A DNA stretch of 32,000 bases from an uncultured Desulfovibrionales bacterium (GCA_964398785.1 CAYNNQ010000021.1:265-32264), one strand, 5' to 3'; counted from the first letter of the stretch, positions 6,879 to 15,319 are shown. Notes: generated by a model not told the origin, from the letters alone. Translations and numbers: made by a program.

Positions 6879-8365
6879 TTATACCTTCCTATCTGTTCCA
6901 AGAGTTTTTCTTCGCCCACTATCATTCCACAAGCGACGATTCCAGAGATAACCGTCCCCAGGATCCCCGGAGCGATAACCCCCTGTCCGGCCAGAAAAAG
7001 TCCCTCTATCTTGGTCATGGGCAAAAGGGGGTACTGATGCACAGCGCACTTCGTCCCGTAAAGTCCGCCGCAAGGATTACTACAGTAATCGCGGAAAGTA
7101 AGCGGAGTGGATGTAGCTATCGGCTGTAACCTCCCACGAATTTCGGGTATCTCTTTGTATACTGCCTGAAGAAGCTTATCCGCCAGCCTGTTTTTAAAAT
7201 CCTTATAGTCCGCCGGTCGATTGCCGGATAATGTTTCAATCCATTTTTCAAAACTGGAAAAAGAAGAAGGGGCAATTATTATCACCCCCGTCTTTCCATC
7301 CATTTCCTCGGTCATACTCAAATGCAGGCAGCTTGGCCCATTTTCATTTTCCAGGCCCACAAAGCGGAGCCAGCCTCGTCTCCGCAGGACCAGCCAATTG
7401 GGAACATTGAATATTTCTGGTTTCCTTCCCTCCAGACGGGCATAAAGCACAAAACCGGAAACAGTCTCCTGCATGCCGGAAAACCTTTTCTGCTGTGCCG
7501 GTCGCAGCCCGCTATCTCCCAAAAGCTCCGGGAGGCGGAGCGGGCTGCCGGTATAAACACAGTTTTCGGCAGCCAAGACAAGACCATCGGCCAAACGCAC
7601 GGAGCGGATGCGTCTCGAAGCGTCCAGTCCCAATTCCGTGGCCCGGCTAGAACAAAAAATATCCACCCCGTATTTCTTGAGACTGTTATGAAAAGCCCGG
7701 ACAAGACTCCGACCGCCACCTTTGATATAGTGCACCGAACGTAGATAGGAAGCAAAGATCTGGGCATGGACCTGCATAGTAGCCTCGCTAGGTTCCACTC
7801 CGGCCAGGATCGCCGGGTAGGAAAAGACCGCCCGCAATCCGGGATCGTCTACGTTCTCCCCCAAAAAATGTCCAACGCTTATGTCCTGTTGGATATACGA
7901 TTCCAGACTGTTTTTCTTACCCCCCTTGAAGGTGAGATATGGTGAGGATGTCCAGTAATTGGCGCATTCCCGAAAAAAATGCTCGACTTCCTCCCGGCGA
8001 TGGGGATACATGCGCAAAAGATCCTGTCGGAGCCGATCCGGCCCATAGGAAACAAAAAAATCATCCCCTAAATCGGGACCGCGCAATCCCAAAAATCCAT
8101 CACTGGGGAGCTCTCCTCCCTCGAGTCCATCCTTAAGGCCCAGGAACCGAAAATAGGTATCCAGGACATGTCCCTCTCCCAGCTCCCCCACATAATGCAC
8201 GCCAGTATCGAAAAATATGCCCTGCCTCTGAAACCCACGCAGGGTTGGAGCAAGCATGGATGAGGACTCCACCAGAGCAACCCGGTGCTCCATTCTGGCC
8301 AGGGCTATTGCCGTAGTCATGCCGGCCGCTCCCCCGCCGATCACAACCGTATCATAACTGGACAT
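6863..8365 (-). CDS. FAD/NAD(P)-dependent oxidoreductase, phytoene desaturase (CrtI)/CrtISO/retinol-saturase-like family
   Basis: I chose ATG 8365..8363 (MSSYDTVVIGGGAAGMTT...RVALVE, a dinucleotide-binding GxGxxG fold right at the N-terminus). This ATG shares one base with the KS-3 stop (TGATG at 8367..8363). The track start at 8419 would overlap KS-3 by 55 nt. The product is 500 aa, and its C-terminal GLFLAGQGVIAPG is typical of the family. Its 3' end overlaps the KS-2 start by 16 nt. Confidence 0.85.
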   Translation of the reverse strand: MSSYDTVVIGGGAAGMTTAIALARMEHRVALVESSSMLAPTLRGFQRQGIFFDTGVHYVGELGEGHVLDTYFRFLGLKDGLEGGELPSDGFLGLRGPDLGDDFFVSYGPDRLRQDLLRMYPHRREEVEHFFRECANYWTSSPYLTFKGGKKNSLESYIQQDISVGHFLGENVDDPGLRAVFSYPAILAGVEPSEATMQVHAQIFASYLRSVHYIKGGGRSLVRAFHNSLKKYGVDIFCSSRATELGLDASRRIRSVRLADGLVLAAENCVYTGSPLRLPELLGDSGLRPAQQKRFSGMQETVSGFVLYARLEGRKPEIFNVPNWLVLRRRGWLRFVGLENENGPSCLHLSMTEEMDGKTGVIIIAPSSFSSFEKWIETLSGNRPADYKDFKNRLADKLLQAVYKEIPEIRGRLQPIATSTPLTFRDYCSNPCGGLYGTKCAVHQYPLLPMTKIEGLFLAGQGVIAPGILGTVISGIVACGMIVGEEKLLEQIGRYKCKES

Positions 8366-9579
8366 CAAAACCCCAAAATCAAAGAACAGTTGCTTCCTCC
8401 AAAACCGGCGGAATTGCACATAACCCTTCTCGGCTTTTCCAGCACAGTTTCCGGGACTATATTCAGCCCTTCAGCCGCAGGGTCTGGAACACTGAAATTG
8501 ATATTCGGAGCAACAAAAGCGTGTCTGGCCATCAGGCAGGAATAGACAACCTGGGAAGCACCGGCCATCCACAATTCATGCCCGGTCATGGACTTAAGGG
8601 AGGAAACCATGGGAGAGCAATCCGAAAAGACCCGGCGGATATTTTCCGCCTCTCCGGCATCCCCGGCCGGAGTAGAGGTGGCATGGGCGCAGACATAGTC
8701 AATATCACCCGGAGACAGGGCAGCATCCTCCAGGGCCTTGTCCATAGCTTGGGCCAATCCCGAAAAACTGGGGACTGAAAGATGATACCCATCCGAGGAG
8801 AAGCCATAACCTATAACCTCCCCCAGTACAGGACCGCCCCGGCGTCGGACCTCTTCCCGGTCCTCCAGTATAAGTGCTGCCGCCCCTCCGCTGGGCACCA
8901 ATCCTTCCCTGGAGGCATCAAAGGGGCGACTGGCCCTTTCCGGATTTTCTGTATCCCGGGAAAATGCCCCCAGCCCGTCAAAACTACATGTGGATTCCCA
9001 GTTTATCTCCTGTGCCCCGCCGCAGACCACTTTCTTCTGTCGTCCCAGGGCAATCAGGTCATAAGCTTGGCCCACGGCGTTGCCACCGCTAGAGCATGCG
9101 GAGCTCACGGTCCAGCAGGCCCCCATGTTTCCCAAAAGGACATTCAGATTCATGGTTACAGTGGAGTTCATGGAACGGAAAATAGCCCCGCTACCGATGG
9201 ACCCGGTTGCTCCCCTCTCTCTTAAAAGATCCACCTGTTCCGCGCATGCCCCGCAGGATGAATCCACGCCGAAGATCAGGCCGGTATCCCCATTTTGCAG
9301 ATCCTGTTCTTGCAGACCGGATTCCTGCATGGCCTCAAGGACTGCGGCATACGCCTGCACCCCGAATTCGGGCAGAGTTTTCCTCTGTTTGCGATTTAGG
9401 TACGCGGCGGGTCTGAATCCTTCAATCTTTCCCGTCAAGGGACTGAAAAAACCAAGCTTCTCCCGTTCGGAATCGATCCCGATCCCGGAAAGGCCGTGAT
9501 ACAGGGATTCGGCCACGGCCTGCTTCCCGATGCCGATGCTGGAGACGATTCCCGTCCCGGTTATTACTACCCGCTTCAT
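8365..9579 (-). CDS. beta-ketoacyl-ACP synthase, cluster KS-3
   Basis: 404 aa with ATG at 9579..9577. Motifs read: active-site Cys in SSACSSGGNAVG, first His in SSDGYHLSVP, second His in CAHATSTPAGD and the FGGSN C-terminus. This gives a Cys-His-His KS. Confidence 0.9.
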   Translation of the reverse strand: MKRVVITGTGIVSSIGIGKQAVAESLYHGLSGIGIDSEREKLGFFSPLTGKIEGFRPAAYLNRKQRKTLPEFGVQAYAAVLEAMQESGLQEQDLQNGDTGLIFGVDSSCGACAEQVDLLRERGATGSIGSGAIFRSMNSTVTMNLNVLLGNMGACWTVSSACSSGGNAVGQAYDLIALGRQKKVVCGGAQEINWESTCSFDGLGAFSRDTENPERASRPFDASREGLVPSGGAAALILEDREEVRRRGGPVLGEVIGYGFSSDGYHLSVPSFSGLAQAMDKALEDAALSPGDIDYVCAHATSTPAGDAGEAENIRRVFSDCSPMVSSLKSMTGHELWMAGASQVVYSCLMARHAFVAPNINFSVPDPAAEGLNIVPETVLEKPRRVMCNSAGFGGSNCSLILGF

Positions 9580-9791
9580 GATTCCCGCTTATTTATTGCC
9601 ATATTTATCCGAACGCGGCCTAAGCCGACGACTCGGTGTTTTATAAAAATTATGCTGAATAATTACATTGCAATTACGTTTTTACAGGTGTGTTTGCAGG
9701 ACAACATTATCAAAATACGCCCCAGTTCAAGGCTCAATGCAAGCCCAACGTCTTTTTTAGTCCTTATGCCGGGATATTGAAGGCCACAAAA

Positions 9792-10520
9792 TCAGGTATG
9801 GACTCCGCCGTTAACGGAAATTACTTCTCCTGTAATGTACCCGGCCCGCTGGGAACACAAAAACGAAACCACGCCGGCCACTTCCTCCGGTTTGCCGAAA
9901 CGCCTGAGTGGTATCCGGTTTAAAATCTCTTCTTGGGACAATTCCTCAAGCATTCCGGTATCAATAAACCCCGGCGCAACAGCATTGACCAATATATTGC
10001 GTTTGGCCACTTCCACGGCCAGAGACCGCGTGGCCCCGATAAGCCCAGACTTGGCCGCGGAATAGTTCACCTGCCCCGGCACACCGGTCTCTCCGGATGT
10101 AGAGGCTATATTGACTATCCGTCCCTCTTTGCGTCTGAGCATCTTTTCCACCACCGGCTTGGTTACATTGTAGAACCCTTCCAGATGCACCTGCAAAACA
10201 TCCTTCCAGTCCTTTTCCTTCATCCATACCAAAAGTGTATCCCGATTGAATCCGGCGTTATTCACCAACGCATACGGGATGTCTTGTTCCAGACGGGGTT
10301 GAAGGGCCTCTCGCGTTTCATCCCCGTCGGCAACATCAAACCCCATAATTTCGCATTTACGGCCCATTTCCCGAATATCTGCAGCAACTTCCTCGGCTGC
10401 GGAAAGATTACTTTTGTAATTTAGCCAAATATCGAATCCATCTGCAGCCAGCGCCCGGGCTGTAGCCGCACCAATGCCCTTGCTTGCGCCGGTTATCAAA
10501 GCTATACGTTCACTTCCCAT
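9792..10520 (-). CDS. 3-oxoacyl-ACP reductase-like short-chain dehydrogenase (FabG family)
   Basis: I chose the internal ATG 10520..10518 (MGSERIALITGASKGIGAA), because the 30-codon upstream extension in the track looks non-coding. The 242 aa product has TGxxxGIG, NNAG and YSAAKSG (YxxxK) motifs. A 212 bp gap separates it from KS-3 downstream. Confidence 0.9.
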   Translation of the reverse strand: MGSERIALITGASKGIGAATARALAADGFDIWLNYKSNLSAAEEVAADIREMGRKCEIMGFDVADGDETREALQPRLEQDIPYALVNNAGFNRDTLLVWMKEKDWKDVLQVHLEGFYNVTKPVVEKMLRRKEGRIVNIASTSGETGVPGQVNYSAAKSGLIGATRSLAVEVAKRNILVNAVAPGFIDTGMLEELSQEEILNRIPLRRFGKPEEVAGVVSFLCSQRAGYITGEVISVNGGVHT

Positions 10521-10665
10521 TTTATGCCACCCCTTGACCACAGAATTTATACAATTAAAATAGAGGGATATCTGTTTATAATTGTTTATCACTTCCACTT
10601 GTAGTGACAAAAGTTTATAATACGGATAGGGTGTTTAGTCAAAATTTCAATATGAGCAACAAGAT
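10521..10665. promoter_or_regulatory. AT-rich divergent promoter region (fabG-like gene leftward, radical SAM operon rightward)
   Basis: This 145 bp AT-rich spacer lies between divergent starts. It contains a perfect TATAAT at 10616-10621, about 45 nt upstream of ATG 10666, but I found no convincing -35 element. The call is positional only. Confidence 0.3.
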
Positions 10666-11952
10666 ATGAAACTAAAACTTATTTATCCCAGCTGGCCCAA
10701 GCTGCGGAATCAAACCAAATTTGACCTTCCCCCGCACGGTCCGGTGGTTATGGCCACCACTGTCCCTAAAGAAGTACAAATCCGGTTCACTGACGAAAAC
10801 ATTCAGGATATAGACTTTGAAGAAAAAGCGGATCTGGTGGCCATTTCCGTAATGCTCACCTGCCAACTCCCCCGGGCCTTTGAAATAGCCGCGGAATTCA
10901 GGGAAAGGGGAATACCCGTTCTTTTCGGGGGGATTTCCACCACCCTGCACAAGGAAGAAGTCAGCCGGCATGCGGACAGCATTTTTCTGGGGGAAACAGA
11001 GGGGAGATTCGCGGAGGTAATCCAGGATTTCCTAAGCAATCGCCTGAAAAAAGTATACGATTATTCCCGGCAACATCCGGACATGGCTCTTGTGGAAACC
11101 GCCCGCAGAGATATCTTGCAACGGGAACTATATAATTATCGGGGTGTACAGATGGTGGATCTGGTACATGCCTCGAGGGGGTGCCGCTTCAATTGCTTTC
11201 CCTGTTGCTCCCGCTACCTGGGCGGGAAAAAACACCGCCCCCGTCCTCTATCCAAAGTTGTTCAAGAAATGGAATCCATACCCAATAACCGCCTTTTTTT
11301 GGTAGACAACTCCCTGGCCCAGAACAAAAAATGGTTGCGGGAACTCTTTACCGCAATACAGCCTTTAAAAAAGAAATGGATATCCCACCCGGTATTTTAC
11401 GACCCGGAAATAATCAATCTGGCGGCAAAGGCCGGTTGCTGGTATGTTTATCAGGCAATTATAGACACCTCGGAAAAAACCAAAGAACGTATCAAAATGC
11501 TCAAGGACCACGGAATCGGAATTGAGGGAACCATTCTCTTGGGAACCGATGACCACGACGAATCATATATAAAAAGGCTGGTCGATTTCCTTCTGGAAAA
11601 CGAATTGGACCTGGCCGAGTTCACCATACTCACCCCTTTCCCGCATACACCGATTCGCAGGCAGTTCGAAGCCGAGGGTCGGATTCTTTCCAACGAATGG
11701 ATCAAATACACCACGGACCAGGTGGTTTTCCAGCCGGCGAAAATGACCGTGGATAAATTACAGGAGCTATACGATTATGCCTGGGATACATTTTACGGCA
11801 AGGGGGGACAACAATTGAGGATGGCTCAACTCCTGAGAAAAGTTATAGAGAAGGAAAAAACAGACGGCACCTATCGCCGCTACGATCCTCCCCAAGGGAA
11901 TGCGAACTACAGTAGCCTGGACACAGAGCAAAAAACATCAGCAATGGATTAA
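10666..11952 (+). CDS. B12-binding-domain radical SAM enzyme (class B), rSAM-1
   Basis: 428 aa. The N-terminal Rossmann-like cobalamin-binding region (LIYPSWPK...LPPHGPVVMAT...ADLVAISV...PVLFGG) is followed by the CxxxCxxC cluster motif GCRFNCFPC (nt 11182-11205). Confidence 0.9.
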   Translation: MKLKLIYPSWPKLRNQTKFDLPPHGPVVMATTVPKEVQIRFTDENIQDIDFEEKADLVAISVMLTCQLPRAFEIAAEFRERGIPVLFGGISTTLHKEEVSRHADSIFLGETEGRFAEVIQDFLSNRLKKVYDYSRQHPDMALVETARRDILQRELYNYRGVQMVDLVHASRGCRFNCFPCCSRYLGGKKHRPRPLSKVVQEMESIPNNRLFLVDNSLAQNKKWLRELFTAIQPLKKKWISHPVFYDPEIINLAAKAGCWYVYQAIIDTSEKTKERIKMLKDHGIGIEGTILLGTDDHDESYIKRLVDFLLENELDLAEFTILTPFPHTPIRRQFEAEGRILSNEWIKYTTDQVVFQPAKMTVDKLQELYDYAWDTFYGKGGQQLRMAQLLRKVIEKEKTDGTYRRYDPPQGNANYSSLDTEQKTSAMD

Positions 11953-11978
11953 ACCCAAACTCCCTGCATCCTTATTAC

Positions 11979-14321
11979 ATGGACAACAAAAGAATACTTC
12001 TGGTCCATCCATTGGGCTACGATTCTATATACGCGGGCCAGGACGTGGCCAGGCTGGCCAATCTCATGCCGCCTTTGGGTCTGGCCTCTCTGGCTTCCTA
12101 TCTGGAAAACAACGGTCTGCGCGCGGATATTTTGGACTGCTTTGCCCATCCGGACTGCCTGGACAGAATGAACAGCTATCTCCGCGAATATCGCCCCAGA
12201 TTTATCGGCCTGACCTGCACTACATCGGCGTTCCCCAACTCAGTCCAAATCATCCAGAGAGCCAAACAGATACTCCCGGAAATCAGATCCGTAGTCGGCG
12301 GAGCGCACCCTTCTGCTCTAAAAGAAGAAGCCCTTCGGGACAGCCCGGATGTGGACTATGCCGTAGTGGGCGAGGGAGAAAAGCCACTAAAGAGACTGCT
12401 CCAACGGACGGAAAAAGAAGCACACCTCATTCCTGGTATATGTTATCACGGCCATAACGGTCCGGTATTTAACGGGACGCAAACAGATCTGGTCCAACTG
12501 GACGATCTCCCTTTCCCTGCCTATGATAAATTACCCGGTTTCCCGGATACCTATACTCTGCCGGTATTCAATTATCCCCGCCGCCCAAACACCAGTTGCA
12601 TATCCAGCCGCGGATGCCCGTACAAGTGCTCCTACTGCGACCGTTCCGTGTTTGGATCCAGTTTCCGGTACAACTCCGCCGGATATCTCTATGCACATAT
12701 GCGCTATCTCCACAACCGCTGGGGGATCAGACATATAAATTTCTATGACGACCAGTTCACTTTGAATCGCGGGCGGGTAGCGGAACTATGCACCATGCTC
12801 ATGGACCATCCCTTGGGTATGACCTTTAACTGTGCGGCCAGGGCGGAACACGTGGATCCGGAGCTTTTGGAGATGATGAAAGACGCCGGATGCTGGATGA
12901 TAAGCCTGGGCATAGAAAACGGCAATCAAAAACTGCTTTCCAAGCACAGGCAAAATGCCAATCTGGATATGGTCGCCCGCACTGTAAAGGATATAAAAAA
13001 GGCCGGCATAAGAGCAAAAGGCCTATTCATGCTCGGACTGCCCGGTGAAACGGAAAAGACAATCAAAGAGACCAAAACCTATGCACATTCACTTAACCTG
13101 GACGACCTAAATCTAGCCAAGTTCACCCCCTTTCCAGGCTCCCCACTTTATAAAGACATACATATCCACGGCAAATTCGAGGAAGACTATGCCCGAATGG
13201 ACTGCATGCATTTCTTATTCATACCCCAAGGACTATCGGAACAATTCTTGGAAGACAAATTCCAGGAATTTTACAAAGAACATTTCACCCGCCCCCGCAC
13301 TCTATACAACTACTTGTCCATGCTCTGGAAATCCCCGGACAGCTGGAAGAGATTCATCCTCTCTCTGCCGGATTTCCTTAAATTCGCCCATCAGGGAAAC
13401 CGGATGAGCGCGGAGGCCTCCTCACATAAGCGCAACTGGGACAGCAAAAGTCTAGGTGGAGAATGGCAGCACCGTTTCTTTTATGCCCTAATTCGGACGT
13501 TAGGTGTTCGCCCGGCCTATGCTTTTCTTTACCCGGTCACTCTGTGGTACGTTCTTCTTCACCCCAGTGTACGCCGCAGAATCAGACCTTACCTTAAACA
13601 CCGCTTCCCGGAAAAAAAAGCCATCCCCAGACTCTTCGCCACCTACCGTTTGAGTTTGAACTTTGCCCAAATATTGGTGGATCGTGCAGCTATAGGCATT
13701 CTGGGGTCCAGCAGATTCAAAATAGATTTTCCGGAAAGAGAAAAGTTCCGGGAAATAGCGCATCAGGGTAAGGGGGCGGTATTGATCAATACCCACGCAG
13801 GCTCCTGGCAGGTAGCCATAGCCGCTTTGGAACTTTTGTCCACGCCAATATCCATGCTTATGCAAAAAGACCGGAAAGATGTGGATCGCCCATACTACAG
13901 CCACCGCCAACAAGAAAGTCCGTACAGGACCATCGATCCGAGCAAAGGGAGTGAAGCCATGCTGGAGATGTTCAACTCCCTGAAAAAAGGTGAAATACTG
14001 GGAGTCATGGGCGACCGGGCCTTTGGTAATGACAAAAACCTGGTCGATGTTGATTTTTTGGGGAAAAAGGCTTGGCTGCCATTTAGCCCGTATAAGCTGG
14101 CTTCCTCCACCGGAGCACCGTGTATGGTTCTCTTAACGCACAGAACCGGATATCTGCATTATACAGTCCGATTGGCCCGGGTGATTGATGTCCCCAGGGA
14201 CCTGGGCCGCCAGCCGGGAAATTTCCGGGAATACGCCCAAGAATATACACATACCCTGGAAGAATTTGTAAAAAAACATCCTTGGCAATTCTTCAACTTC
14301 TACGACATGTGGGAAAAATAA
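11979..14321 (+). CDS. fusion protein: B12-binding radical SAM enzyme (rSAM-2) plus C-terminal LpxL/HtrB-type (lipid A biosynthesis) acyltransferase domain
   Basis: A single uninterrupted 780 aa ORF. The N-terminal half has the B12-binding region (ILLVHP...MPPLGLASLASYL) and CxxxCxxC GCPYKCSYC (nt 12615-12638). The C-terminal ~300 aa (from about nt 13420) has a hydrophobic anchor (AYAFLYPVTLWYVLL), a catalytic-loop-like NTHAGSWQ (nt 13794-13811) and the family-typical tail HPWQFFNFYDMW. Confidence 0.9.
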   Translation: MDNKRILLVHPLGYDSIYAGQDVARLANLMPPLGLASLASYLENNGLRADILDCFAHPDCLDRMNSYLREYRPRFIGLTCTTSAFPNSVQIIQRAKQILPEIRSVVGGAHPSALKEEALRDSPDVDYAVVGEGEKPLKRLLQRTEKEAHLIPGICYHGHNGPVFNGTQTDLVQLDDLPFPAYDKLPGFPDTYTLPVFNYPRRPNTSCISSRGCPYKCSYCDRSVFGSSFRYNSAGYLYAHMRYLHNRWGIRHINFYDDQFTLNRGRVAELCTMLMDHPLGMTFNCAARAEHVDPELLEMMKDAGCWMISLGIENGNQKLLSKHRQNANLDMVARTVKDIKKAGIRAKGLFMLGLPGETEKTIKETKTYAHSLNLDDLNLAKFTPFPGSPLYKDIHIHGKFEEDYARMDCMHFLFIPQGLSEQFLEDKFQEFYKEHFTRPRTLYNYLSMLWKSPDSWKRFILSLPDFLKFAHQGNRMSAEASSHKRNWDSKSLGGEWQHRFFYALIRTLGVRPAYAFLYPVTLWYVLLHPSVRRRIRPYLKHRFPEKKAIPRLFATYRLSLNFAQILVDRAAIGILGSSRFKIDFPEREKFREIAHQGKGAVLINTHAGSWQVAIAALELLSTPISMLMQKDRKDVDRPYYSHRQQESPYRTIDPSKGSEAMLEMFNSLKKGEILGVMGDRAFGNDKNLVDVDFLGKKAWLPFSPYKLASSTGAPCMVLLTHRTGYLHYTVRLARVIDVPRDLGRQPGNFREYAQEYTHTLEEFVKKHPWQFFNFYDMWEK

Positions 14322-14346
14322 TCATGTACAAAATAGCGGGGAAAAA

Positions 14347-14601
14347 ATGGAGATCAAGACTCAGCTAAAGGAAAAATTAATCGAAGGACTCAACCTGGAA
14401 GACATCCGGCCGGAGGATATAATGGATGACCAGCCGCTTTTCGGGGAAGGACTGGGACTGGACTCCCTGGATGCAGTGGAGTTGGTAGTCATAATCCAGA
14501 AGAATTTCGGGGTGGAGATAAGCGATATGGAACAGGGGAGGCAGGCATTCGCCTCGATTAACGCCCTGGCCGAATTCATAGAAATCAACCAATCCCACTA
14601 A
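14347..14601 (+). CDS. acyl carrier protein (cluster ACP-B)
   Basis: 84 aa with ATG at 14347 preceded by GGGGAAAAA. It carries the Ppant attachment motif LGLDSLDAVELVVIIQ and lies 25 nt after the fusion gene. Confidence 0.85.
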   Translation: MEIKTQLKEKLIEGLNLEDIRPEDIMDDQPLFGEGLGLDSLDAVELVVIIQKNFGVEISDMEQGRQAFASINALAEFIEINQSH

Positions 14602-14668
14602 ACCAATAAGCCACACAACTATAACATCAATTTAAATGAGGCCGGAATTTTCCCTGCCCAACCATAAA

Positions 14669-15319
14669 TTAATTCTGAAAGAGACTAGCTTTTATTTCCG
14701 GAGACATAAGAAGCACTTTCAATTTTTCTTTTAAGGCTTTGGGTACTACCGTAGTGGCATGAGATGGCGGATTTATGAAATTTCCACCCAAATCATCTTC
14801 GCCTTGAATACGTTTTTCGGCCAATTCCTTACCTTCTTTTGAAAAAACCTTGATCTCAAGATTATAATACAAGCCGACATTTACCATAGTATCGCTTTTC
14901 CATTGATATATAGTTAAAAGTAATAATCTATCGGCCTCTTTTTTCATAAGAATATTTTTTACTTCCAAGACGGTTTGGGAATGGTCCGTATAAACGGGCT
15001 TTGCCTCAAACCCTGTTTTTTGAAGAGCCTTACTAAGTGCATTTACTATATCAGAAGATAAAGGTCTTCCACTTTGAGTTTCAACATCAAAAGGATTGCC
15101 GTATCCCCCTCTCTGCAAGCCAATAAAATTAGGCTCCTTATCGCTATTTACAATAAATGAACGCTTATCCAGAGCAGCAACGCCAACTTCCCCTTCTGCT
15201 TTGGAATGCAAGTTAGGGTGAGCAGAATGCATGGCGTATTTATTGCCTATAGCACAAGCACTGATTGAGAACAGAAACATCGTGGCCAAAATATACTTGA
15301 TTATTTTTTTCAAATCCAT
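14669..15319 (-). CDS. lipoprotein of unknown function in an AT-rich island
   Basis: I chose ATG 15319..15317 (MDLKKIIKYILATMFLFSISAC, lipobox I-S-A-C), preceded by GTGGAGTGG. The track start at 15331 is a GTG inside that SD. The product is 216 aa. The gene is conspicuously AT-rich relative to both flanks. Confidence 0.7.
   Translation of the reverse strand: MDLKKIIKYILATMFLFSISACAIGNKYAMHSAHPNLHSKAEGEVGVAALDKRSFIVNSDKEPNFIGLQRGGYGNPFDVETQSGRPLSSDIVNALSKALQKTGFEAKPVYTDHSQTVLEVKNILMKKEADRLLLLTIYQWKSDTMVNVGLYYNLEIKVFSKEGKELAEKRIQGEDDLGGNFINPPSHATTVVPKALKEKLKVLLMSPEIKASLFQN

Noticed and set aside
5976-7037. 353 aa plus-strand ORF (with 6037-6459 and others) antisense to KS-2 and the flavoenzyme gene
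   Set aside because: This is a shadow ORF in GC-rich coding DNA. The translation is Gly/Pro/Arg/His-rich with no motif, whereas the opposite strand encodes a full KS with all catalytic motifs.
8366-8419. Longer starts in the track for the flavoenzyme (8419), FabG-like gene (10610), lipoprotein (15331, GTG) and AddA-like gene (20664)
   Set aside because: In each case an internal ATG has a better SD or stop-start coupling and begins exactly at the conserved N-terminal motif. These motifs are GxGxxG, TGASKGIG, the signal peptide, and the GAAGGAGG SD before ATG 20646.
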